NCBI GenBank assembly: GCA_043813745.1
Contig: JBDRKV010000048.1
Span: 1-40,420, forward strand
Source of the DNA: Candidatus Aenigmatarchaeota archaeon
Lineage (GTDB): Archaea; Aenigmatarchaeota; Aenigmatarchaeia; GW2011-AR5; GCA-2688965
Reading direction: 5' to 3'
Length of the DNA: 40,420 nucleotides
Below the pieces are notes generated by a model. It was not told the origin of the DNA and made no database searches. It worked only from the letters and a program-made list of their open reading frames with translations. The translations under genes were made by a program, and so were the position numbers. Shown here in pieces: positions 25,138-32,381 of this stretch (its first letter is position 1; each line of letters begins with the position of its first letter).

Positions 25138-25824
25138 TTGTTGATACCAAGAGAAGAGTATTTGTCTAGCGGATGCCATATCGGCCTGATTTACAAAACC
25201 AAGGATATGAAGCGTTTCATATATAAGATCCGTCCTAACGGGCTTTCTGTTCTTAATCTGTCCATGCTTGACGAGCGCATCCACAATGCAGCCAGCATGC
25301 TTTCAAAAGCGAAAAAAGTGCTGGTTGTCTCAAGAAAGGAAGGCGGACACAAGGCAATAATAGCATTCGCGCGCGCAATAGGCGCTATTGCAATGAAAGG
25401 AAGATTCATGCCAGGATCATTAACGAATCCTACTTACAAGGCTTTCTTTGAGCCGGATATCCTGTTCACCGTGGACACGGCAAGCGACCGCCAGGCAATA
25501 GGCGAGGCAACGCAGATGCGCATACCAATCATAGCGCTGGCAGACACGTTCTCGTCCACATCCTACATTGACCTTATAATTCCATGCAACAACAAGAGCA
25601 AGAATTCCATTGGATTGATTCTGTTCCTGCTTGCGCGCGAAATCAACAACCTGCAAGGCAAGCAATTCAGTGCGAAATTGGAAGACTTCACGCCTCCTAA
25701 AGAAGAAGGCAGGGAAACGGTCATGGATGAAAACGTGGAAAGCACTGAAAAGCCGGAAGAATTGATAGAACAGGAAAAACGAAAAGAAGCAAAGATGAAA
25801 AAGAGAGACAAAACTAAAGAATAA
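25138..25824 (+). CDS. rps2: ribosomal protein S2 (uS2) with Lys/Glu-rich C-terminal tail
   Basis: LIPREEYLSSGCHIGL...RFIYKIRPNGLSVLNL...IPIIALADT. The start codon is uncertain (TTG 25138; the frame opens after 25107). Confidence 0.9.
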   Translation: MLIPREEYLSSGCHIGLIYKTKDMKRFIYKIRPNGLSVLNLSMLDERIHNAASMLSKAKKVLVVSRKEGGHKAIIAFARAIGAIAMKGRFMPGSLTNPTYKAFFEPDILFTVDTASDRQAIGEATQMRIPIIALADTFSSTSYIDLIIPCNNKSKNSIGLILFLLAREINNLQGKQFSAKLEDFTPPKEEGRETVMDENVESTEKPEELIEQEKRKEAKMKKRDKTKE

Positions 25825-25870
25825 AATCTTGTTCTTACAAATAATATATTAGGAAGCGGATGAGTAGAAG

Positions 25871-25912
25871 TAATATGGTGCTAGACTGATTCCGAAGGAA
25901 TCAGGATAGGTG
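25871..25912 (+). promoter_or_regulatory. family D leader, copy D3 (5' of the MEMO-family gene), single hairpin
   Basis: TAATATGGTGCTAGA CTGATTCC-GAA-GGAATCAG GATAGGTG. Confidence 0.65.
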
Positions 25913-25918
25913 TCTTAT

Positions 25919-26707
25919 ATGAGAGCACTTGGTTTCTATCCTGTCGACCCGGAAAAGCTGGAAAAGCAAGTAACGTCTTTTCTAGAACAAGACGTCAAGC
26001 CCGTGCAGGATGCACTGGGCGCAATCGTTCCGCACGCAGGCTACCCTTTCTCAGGCATGCTTGCTGCGAAAACGTTGAAGGCTGCGAAAACCAAGAATCA
26101 TCGTTTCATAATCATGGGTCCGAACCACATGGGACACGACACGCTGATAGATAATGGAGAATGGCGCACGCCATTGGACAAGTTGAAGTTGGACAACGAC
26201 TTCATAAAGAAATTGAATATCAAACAAGATTCGACGTTAGAACATAGCATTGAAGTCCAGCTGCCCATATTGCAGAAACTATACAACGACTTTAGTTTTG
26301 TTCCATTAGTTGTAGGTCCGAACACCTTCGACGAACTAAAGCAGCTTGCAAAGCAGCTGATGACAAGCGACCATTTCTATATAGCAAGCAGCGATTTCAT
26401 CCATTTCGGCCCGAACTACAACTACGTGCCTTCTGAAGCCGGTCCAGGCCAGCAGGACCAGCTGAAATGGGTCAAGAACATTGACCGAAAGCTTGCAGAA
26501 TTAATATGCAATCTGAAAGCAAAAGAATTTTTTGAAGAAATCGAGAAAAAAGAGTATACAGTGTGCGGCTACCGCGCAATAACGCTCTTCATGCTGCTCA
26601 TGGAAAAGCTCGGAGCCAAGCAGGGCCAGACAATCGACTACGCAACAAGTTACGACGTTTACCCAAATCACTCCTTTGTTTCGTACGTGGGTTTCGTGTT
26701 TAGTTAG
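25919..26707 (+). CDS. MEMO1-family protein (AmmeMemoRadiSam system protein B)
   Basis: GAIVPHAGYPFSG, IIMGPNH and SSDFIHFG. Confidence 0.8.
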   Translation: MRALGFYPVDPEKLEKQVTSFLEQDVKPVQDALGAIVPHAGYPFSGMLAAKTLKAAKTKNHRFIIMGPNHMGHDTLIDNGEWRTPLDKLKLDNDFIKKLNIKQDSTLEHSIEVQLPILQKLYNDFSFVPLVVGPNTFDELKQLAKQLMTSDHFYIASSDFIHFGPNYNYVPSEAGPGQQDQLKWVKNIDRKLAELICNLKAKEFFEEIEKKEYTVCGYRAITLFMLLMEKLGAKQGQTIDYATSYDVYPNHSFVSYVGFVFS

Positions 26708-26770
26708 GGTTTCCAAGGGATTGTGCGCTGCGAAGCACGCACGTTTTCCGCAAGCGCTTTCTTAAAGGGC
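26708..26770. repeat. family E element, copy E2 (after the MEMO-family gene)
   Basis: GGTTTCCAAGGGAT-[GTGCGCTGC GAA GCACGCAC]-GTTTTCCGCAAGCGCTTTCTTAAAGGGC. Confidence 0.8.
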
Positions 26771-26819
26771 TTACCCAAATCACTCCTTTGTTTCGTACGT
26801 GGGTTTCGTTTTCAGTTAA
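26771..26819 (+). pseudogene. duplicate of the last 15 codons plus stop of the MEMO-family gene
   Basis: 49 bp, 46/49 identical to 26659-26707. All three differences are at third codon positions (GTG/GTT, TTT/TTC, TAG/TAA). Confidence 0.85.
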
Positions 26820-27346
26820 TTCTTTTTCTGCTTCCACAACAAATATCCAAACCCAACGAACGATACAATAATCAGTATAACGCCGATGATTAACTCAGCT
26901 GGCAATGTGGTAGTTATGGGTTGTGCAACAGTCGTTGTCGTCTGGTTGCCGGCACCAGCCACAGTAGCAAGTTTCTCAGCAGCCTGGTCGCGTGTTGCAG
27001 ACGCTGCAGCATATAACGCAGATTTTGTCGTCTGATACACGCCGACAATCAATGCAATCGCAGAAAGCGACAGCGTTATCACGAATGAATAGAACTTCGG
27101 CTTGAACAGCTTTGTGCCAGTGGACGTCAGAGTGTAGTATTTCCACTTGTTGCCATTTTCCTTCCTGACAACGATTCCGCTCTTCTCTAAGACACTCAAA
27201 TGTTCGGTTACAGTCGTTACATGCTTGCCCAGCTTGCCGGCAAGCTCAGAAGCCGTATACGGCCGTTCGTTTAAAAGCTTAGCAATTTCTTGGCGTGTTT
27301 CGTTGGAAAGCGCCTTGAACGACTCCTTATTCAATACCTCTGGCAT
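26816..27346 (-). CDS. ArsR-type winged-helix regulator fused to C-terminal transmembrane segments
   Basis: FKALSNETRQEIAKLL...YTASELAGKLGKHVTTVTEHLSVLEKSGIV, followed by two hydrophobic helices. Confidence 0.65.
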   Translation of the reverse strand: MPEVLNKESFKALSNETRQEIAKLLNERPYTASELAGKLGKHVTTVTEHLSVLEKSGIVVRKENGNKWKYYTLTSTGTKLFKPKFYSFVITLSLSAIALIVGVYQTTKSALYAAASATRDQAAEKLATVAGAGNQTTTTVAQPITTTLPAELIIGVILIIVSFVGFGYLLWKQKKN

Positions 27347-27405
27347 GTTAATACTGTGAAAAAGAACTGTTTTTAACCTTTTTCATTTGGTAGGGCTGAC
27401 CTTAT

Positions 27406-27507
27406 TTAATATGGTCTATCTGAGAAGGTATCATTTAGATACCTTCTAGATTTTGAAGACATCCGAGATGTCTTCACAAAGACTGATGCAAAAGCATCAG
27501 GGTAGGG
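27406..27507 (+). promoter_or_regulatory. family D leader, copy D4 (5' of tRNA-Ser), three hairpins
   Basis: TTAATATGGTCTATCTG, AGAAGGTATC-ATTTA-GATACCTTCT, AGATTTT, GAAGACATC-CGA-GATGTCTTC, ACAAAGA, CTGATGC-AAAA-GCATCAG, GGTAGGG. Confidence 0.7.
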
Positions 27508-27547
27508 TTTGTCGTTTTTAAATGATGCTTGATAAAAAATCTAACAT

Positions 27548-27633
27548 GCCGCGATGGCAGAGAGGCCTAATGCGCTAGCCTGGAAAGCTAGTAACACTTC
27601 GGTGTTGCAAGAGTTCGAATCTCTTTCGCGGCG
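27548..27633 (+). tRNA. tRNA-Ser(GGA)
   Basis: Hand-folded. Acceptor GCCGCGA/TCGCGGC, anticodon stem CTAGC/GCTAG, loop CTGGAAA, long variable arm ACACTTCGGTGT, T arm AAGAG-TTCGAAT-CTCTT, discriminator G. Confidence 0.9.
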
Positions 27634-27693
27634 CTTGATGTTCAATATATATTTAAAAACTCCTATGAAGAACTAAAGACTACATTAAAATCA

Positions 27694-27794
27694 TAATATG
27701 ATCTATCTGAAAAGGCTTTCAAAGAAAGCCTTTTAGATTTGGAAGACATCTTTGATGTCTTCACAAAGACTGTTCTAAGAAGAACAGGGTAGTG
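27694..27794 (+). promoter_or_regulatory. family D leader, copy D5 (5' of rpl10e), three hairpins
   Basis: TAATATGATCTATCTG, AAAAGGCTTTC-AAA-GAAAGCCTTTT, AGATTTG, GAAGACATC-TTT-GATGTCTTC, ACAAAGA, CTGTTCT-AAGA-AGAACAG, GGTAGTG. Confidence 0.7.
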
Positions 27795-27801
27795 ATTCAA
27801 A

Positions 27802-28338
27802 ATGGGACTTCGTCCAGGCAAGTGTTATAGGAAAATGCAACGCGCGTTTACGCGCCAGTCTCAGCGCAAGCCACGCAAAAGCTACATAAAGGGCGTGCCG
27901 CGCCATGGTATAAGCAGCTTTGAGATGGGTAAGAAAAAGAATTATTCAAATACATTGCACTTGGTGTCAAAGCAGAACGTGCAAATACGCCATAATTCCC
28001 TGGAATCAAGTCGTATCGCTACTGTACAGCATCTGGAGAAAAAAATAAGCAAGGGCGCCACGTTTTTCCTGCGCCTCAGGCCATATCCTCACCAGGTCCT
28101 GCGCGAGAACGCGCTAGCAACCGGTGCAGGCGCAGACCGCTTCCAGCAGGGCATGCGCCTATCTTTCGGAAAACCTATAGGCACAGCTGCCCGCGTCAAG
28201 ATCGGCCAGACAATTTTAGAAGTCTCAGTAGACAAGAATAACATCGATGTCGCCAAAGGCGCGCTGAAAGCAGCGCGACACAAGCTGCCCACGACCTGCA
28301 AAATAATAATCATGGAAAACAAGATTGCGAAAGTTTGA
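27802..28338 (+). CDS. rpl10e: ribosomal protein L10e (uL16)
   Basis: MGLRPGKCYRKMQRAFTRQS ... RLRPYPHQVLRENA. Confidence 0.95.
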   Translation: MGLRPGKCYRKMQRAFTRQSQRKPRKSYIKGVPRHGISSFEMGKKKNYSNTLHLVSKQNVQIRHNSLESSRIATVQHLEKKISKGATFFLRLRPYPHQVLRENALATGAGADRFQQGMRLSFGKPIGTAARVKIGQTILEVSVDKNNIDVAKGALKAARHKLPTTCKIIIMENKIAKV

Positions 28339-28347
28339 TTTCTTAAA

Positions 28348-28375
28348 TAAGCAGATGAAAAGAAAAAGCTGCTTA
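28348..28375. terminator. stem-loop between convergent rpl10e and cbf5
   Basis: TAAGCAG-ATGAAAAGAAAAAG-CTGCTTA. It overlaps the cbf5 stop codon. Confidence 0.35.
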
Positions 28376-29287
28376 TAAAACCCTGTCAACCTTCACAGCC
28401 GCGCCCTTGCTCTTAATCATCTCGCTCGCGTCCATCTGCACATTGCCCAGCGCTATAAGCGCTCCGTTCAACGAAACCAGGGCAACAACGTCGTTGTTTA
28501 TAATATTCGATTGTACGCGGCTCACGCCTCCGGCGTAGAGCGCAGAACCGTTGCGCACGTTCTTTATCGCGCTGTCCTTTATCACGACGATTTTGGCAGC
28601 CCTCAGGCAGTATTCTATCGGCAAAACGATTTCGCGTATATTTTCATCTCCGTTCTCGCGCCAGAAAACAAAACTATCTTTCAGCTCCTGCAACGTATGT
28701 GATTCACTTTCAGTAAAAGGCCCAACGCGCACACGACGAAGCTCTTTCATGTGCGCCCCGCCGATTTTTTCGCCGATGTCATGCACCAGTTTTCTTATGT
28801 ATGTTCCAGCCGCACACGCTATTTGCAAGCAAACGTCTTTGTCAACACGGTCAAGGATTTCTATCTTGTAGACATTTCTGAAACGTTCAACGCGCTTCAC
28901 AGCAGACTTCACAGGCGGTTTTTGTTTTATCGTGCCAACAAACTCTTTTAGAGTGCTTACAAGTTTTTTGTCATCAACGTCCCTATGCGCGTGCATCACG
29001 CACACGTATTCCTTGTCTAATCCATTCAGCAATGGCATGACCTTGCACGCGTTCTCTGTCGTTATCAACAGCACGCCCGAAGTTTCAGGGTCTAGCGTCC
29101 CGGATTGGCCCGCTTTCTTCAAGCCAAGCATTTTTTTCACGGTCGCAACCGTGTCTTGCGACGTTGGCCCTGCCGGTTTGTCTAGAACCAAAAAACCATT
29201 TTTCAGTATCTCGCTTATTGCTTTAGAAGAAGGACTAGTTCCAGATGGAACATCCGCTGTCCGAACTATAAATCCGCTTTTCATCAT
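28373..29287 (-). CDS. cbf5: tRNA/rRNA pseudouridine synthase Cbf5 (TruB family, with PUA domain)
   Basis: VLDKPAGPTSQD ... GTLDPETSGVLLI, plus a C-terminal PUA-like region. ATG 29287 overlaps the upstream stop (ATGA). Confidence 0.85.
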   Translation of the reverse strand: MMKSGFIVRTADVPSGTSPSSKAISEILKNGFLVLDKPAGPTSQDTVATVKKMLGLKKAGQSGTLDPETSGVLLITTENACKVMPLLNGLDKEYVCVMHAHRDVDDKKLVSTLKEFVGTIKQKPPVKSAVKRVERFRNVYKIEILDRVDKDVCLQIACAAGTYIRKLVHDIGEKIGGAHMKELRRVRVGPFTESESHTLQELKDSFVFWRENGDENIREIVLPIEYCLRAAKIVVIKDSAIKNVRNGSALYAGGVSRVQSNIINNDVVALVSLNGALIALGNVQMDASEMIKSKGAAVKVDRVL

Positions 29288-29886
29288 ATCTGAATGCCCA
29301 TTAGTTTTCTGATTATGAACATGAACGGTATAGATACTATGAAATACCATCCCAGCCAGCCCAGATCGTCGCCGAACATCGGCAGACTTATGGGCAGAGC
29401 AGCAACCACGCGCTGGAATTGTATCTTATCGTCTACTTCAAAAATATTCCATATATTGCCCGCAATAACGATTTTCTCAGCTGGTATGCTTAGCGATGCT
29501 ACATTTATTTCCTCGCCGTCCAGCATGATCGAGCTCTGGTTTTTGGCAATATAAACGTCATTGTAATGTGCGTGAGCCCATGGAAGCAGTAATGCGACGA
29601 CAATCAGTGAAACAATCATGGGCTTCATAGTCTTTTTCATCATCTGGTTGCTCACTTTCATGGACTCGCTCATTAGTTTTTTGGTTTCGTCCGTGTTGTT
29701 CTCTTTCCTGGATTTCTTCATCTTCCTATTGAGCTCCTTGGACACCCGTTTCATCGCGGCTATTTCGTCCTGCTTTATAAGGAACTTGTAGCAGATATTG
29801 ATGATTACCAAGATTATGATAGAAAACATAAAGATAGAAATAACAGGATGAAACCCTGTCAAAAAACCTAGTATAATATCCAACAT
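29284..29886 (-). CDS. DUF106/EMC3-like membrane protein (archaeal YidC/Oxa1-like insertase candidate)
   Basis: TM1, then the K/E/M-rich helix KRVSKELNRKMKKSRKE...MMKKTMKPM, TM2, and the C-terminal GWLGWYFIVSIPFMFIIRK. Confidence 0.55.
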   Translation of the reverse strand: MLDIILGFLTGFHPVISIFMFSIIILVIINICYKFLIKQDEIAAMKRVSKELNRKMKKSRKENNTDETKKLMSESMKVSNQMMKKTMKPMIVSLIVVALLLPWAHAHYNDVYIAKNQSSIMLDGEEINVASLSIPAEKIVIAGNIWNIFEVDDKIQFQRVVAALPISLPMFGDDLGWLGWYFIVSIPFMFIIRKLMGIQI

Positions 29887-29905
29887 CTTGTTTTTTCCAC
29901 CACAA

Positions 29906-30202
29906 CTATTGCTTTGTCTCTGGCTTTGTCAGCTCGAATTTCTTTACACGAAAACCAGTGCCCATGACATGCGTTTTTTTGCACACCTCGCACGTATATC
30001 GCAAGTCCTTTTTGCGCGTCGGCTTTTCACGTCCCTTAGGATTCTCTTTAGGGAACGAACCATAACCCTTAAGCTTCCTGCGGAAGCGCCGTTGACTTTT
30101 AGTCGTCTCTCTACGCGTGTGTCGCTTTGCCTCGCTCACGCTATGCATACTATGCTTCCCACAAAACTTGCAATATCTTTTTTGCTTCTTAGGCATTTTC
30201 AT
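29906..30202 (-). CDS. rpl44e: ribosomal protein L44e (eL42)
   Basis: KRYCKFCGKHSMH...LRYTCEVCKK zinc ribbon, and a very basic composition. Confidence 0.9.
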   Translation of the reverse strand: MKMPKKQKRYCKFCGKHSMHSVSEAKRHTRRETTKSQRRFRRKLKGYGSFPKENPKGREKPTRKKDLRYTCEVCKKTHVMGTGFRVKKFELTKPETKQ

Positions 30203-30224
30203 CTGAATTACCTCTATATTGAAG

Positions 30225-30264
30225 ATGAAAATCTCAGCGAACTTGTTCAGCTGAAGATTTTCAT
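30225..30264 (-). repeat. family A copy A3 (5' of rpl44e)
   Basis: mRNA sense: ATGAAAATCTT CAGCTGAAC-AA-GTTCGCTG AGATTTTCAT. The stem base pairs differ from A1/A2 in a compensated way. Confidence 0.7.
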
Positions 30265-30416
30265 ATAAATCACCTGATATTTTTTGGTAAGAGTAGATAC
30301 AGTCAGAAGAAGCCTCCCAACATATATCCCAACTAGCTCACCCGATTCTTACTTAAGTTTAGGCACAGAACCGCCCGAAGCAAAGCTTCGGAAAGTCATT
30401 GAGCCAATATCGTTTA

Positions 30417-31001
30417 TCACTTAACTTCAACAATTACTCCTTTCTTCAACAGCAAATCATTTATAACTTTTGGAACGTCTCCATCGCTGAGTATCTGGTC
30501 TTTTTTCAGCTCATACGTCTTCAAATCCGGCCCCACGAATTGGGGCGTATCGCGCACGACCCTGTACTTTTTCTCTATTTTCGTATTTTTAATGCTTATA
30601 TCCTGGCTTGTTGCAGCTTCATCAGGCTTTTCGCTCGCATCCGCAACGGATTTTTGCTGCTCAAGCAAGCCAAGGAGATCGGACCTGTAATTGTTTATCT
30701 GTTCAACAATAGACGTAAAGACGGTTTGTTCTGTTCCAGATAACCCGTCTACAGGCACGCCCGTACGCGCCGAGACAAGTGCCATATCCATGAGCTTGCG
30801 CTCGCGCAGTTCCAGCAGGCGCTTGATTGTATTCCTTATATTGTCAATATCGCGCTTGTCTTCTAACGTTCCGTCGCTTTTTTCCAGCTTCCTCTGCAGA
30901 TAGTCCTTCAAATCCTCGAAAAAGTTCTGTGGCAACCGTTGAAGCCCGCGCTGGCTGAGCTCTGCGCGCTCCAGCTCGCGTAGCGTTTCAAACGTTATCA
31001 T
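30417..31001 (-). CDS. GINS subunit (Gins51/15-like)
   Basis: N-terminal helical A-domain LRELERAE...LQRLPQNFFEDLKDYL...LRERKLMDMAL, and a small C-terminal beta-domain. It lies near the primase gene, as in other archaea. Confidence 0.55.
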   Translation of the reverse strand: MITFETLRELERAELSQRGLQRLPQNFFEDLKDYLQRKLEKSDGTLEDKRDIDNIRNTIKRLLELRERKLMDMALVSARTGVPVDGLSGTEQTVFTSIVEQINNYRSDLLGLLEQQKSVADASEKPDEAATSQDISIKNTKIEKKYRVVRDTPQFVGPDLKTYELKKDQILSDGDVPKVINDLLLKKGVIVEVK

Positions 31002-31041
31002 AAATATAGAATTAACAGAAAATCTTTAAACTGTGAGAAAA

Positions 31042-32334
31042 TTAGAAATCCTTCCTGTACTGGATAAGGAATAATGGTTTTTGATCCCTGGTTTTTTCAA
31101 CGAAAGCGTCAAATCCCTTATATGTCATGCCTGCACCGAATGTAGTGGACGTGTTTCTGTCGTCTCCGGTGTCATCCAGTATATATGCGCCGTCAAAATG
31201 CACGCCGCGCAGCAACTCAGATTCTGATTCCATCAATGCGAACGGGCTGACAGTAGCTCTCGTAGTGAATGTATCAGAAGATTTATTATGCGTGTAATTT
31301 GCACTAAAAAAGGCGTGCGCCCTTTCAAAAGGTCTTATATCAGGATAGAAACCCATCGCATGCTTCCATAACGACTGGCTCGCGGCCCCGCTTTCTGTAT
31401 TCAGCAAGCCGTATGACGATGGTATGAAAACAAGTTCTCTTGAGCCCACGGATACATCCGTGCCTAATGAAAATGTTTTTCCACCATCCAAAGCAGTTCT
31501 TCCATAAACCCTCCAGCCTGTCCCGCCTTTTGGCGCGCCCCTTCCAAAAGCAAGCATCAGGTCATCAACTTTTTCTCCATCAGTAAGACTAAGCGCCAGC
31601 GAATACTTGTCAGGAAAGTTCTGCAGAGCAAAGAGGTTCCTAATTATTTCGTCATCACCGTCTATAGATTTGTGATATTGCCACAATTCAATCCTCGTAT
31701 CCCCGCAAGGCAGGACGTGAAATACCCTTCCAATACCAAGCCCCTCAAGCCCCATGTTCTTTCCGCCAAGCTCTGCTCTTTCAAAAACGCCATTCAACAA
31801 CCAATCGTTCACAGAACCGAAAACTCTTACGCCTGCGCCATCGTCTTTGTTTCCTTTTTCATCGCGTGAAGCATCAAGCCCATAAGCCATGAAATCTCCT
31901 TTATAGCCAAAATCAAAGGGCAGTCTCACACCAACATTCGTTCTCACCATACCGCTAGATAGCTCGTCCCGTAGAAATCTGACCCTGTCTCCATATACAA
32001 GGTTGCCTTTCCCATCTCTTTCAAATAGGGAAAATCCGAAATGTTGGTAATCATGCGGTTCGCTGTGTTGAAATTCGCTCATCGCTTCAATGCCATACGT
32101 GCCCTGCCCTTCTGCGAGAGCGCTCGCAGATGCAGCGCAAGTGCCAATAAGCGCCAAACCGGCAGCCGCGCCTGCCAATGCCATGTGATTATCATGAGCC
32201 CACTGCCAGAAACTACGTGTTGGCTGGACAACATCAATCCCTTTTCCAAACCAGCCTGATTTATTTATTTTCACTGGTCCGTCCACTATAGCCTCAGCTA
32301 TGCTTTCAGCAGTAACAGGAATTATTTCAGACAT
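31042..32334 (-). CDS. beta-strand-rich exported or membrane-anchored protein with OMP-like C-terminus; function unknown
   Basis: An internal signal/anchor-like MALAGAAAGLALIGTCAASASALA sits about 50 aa from the start. Many alternating-polarity strands follow. It ends ...LFLIQYRKDF. A TATA-like TTTAAAATTTAA lies about 22 nt upstream of ATG 32334. Confidence 0.4.
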   Translation of the reverse strand: MSEIIPVTAESIAEAIVDGPVKINKSGWFGKGIDVVQPTRSFWQWAHDNHMALAGAAAGLALIGTCAASASALAEGQGTYGIEAMSEFQHSEPHDYQHFGFSLFERDGKGNLVYGDRVRFLRDELSSGMVRTNVGVRLPFDFGYKGDFMAYGLDASRDEKGNKDDGAGVRVFGSVNDWLLNGVFERAELGGKNMGLEGLGIGRVFHVLPCGDTRIELWQYHKSIDGDDEIIRNLFALQNFPDKYSLALSLTDGEKVDDLMLAFGRGAPKGGTGWRVYGRTALDGGKTFSLGTDVSVGSRELVFIPSSYGLLNTESGAASQSLWKHAMGFYPDIRPFERAHAFFSANYTHNKSSDTFTTRATVSPFALMESESELLRGVHFDGAYILDDTGDDRNTSTTFGAGMTYKGFDAFVEKTRDQKPLFLIQYRKDF

Positions 32335-32381
32335 AGATAGAGACAGCTCAGTTAAATTTTAAAGTGTTCTTTATGGACACT

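Noticed and set aside
30263-30416. About 150-bp spacer downstream of the GINS gene checked for a C/D-box or H/ACA sRNA
   Set aside because: It has only a weak C-like (AATGAC) and a D-like (CTGA) box about 95 nt apart, and one short hairpin (CCGAAGC-AAA-GCTTCGG). No proper RUGAUGA/CUGA pairs or ACA box are present.
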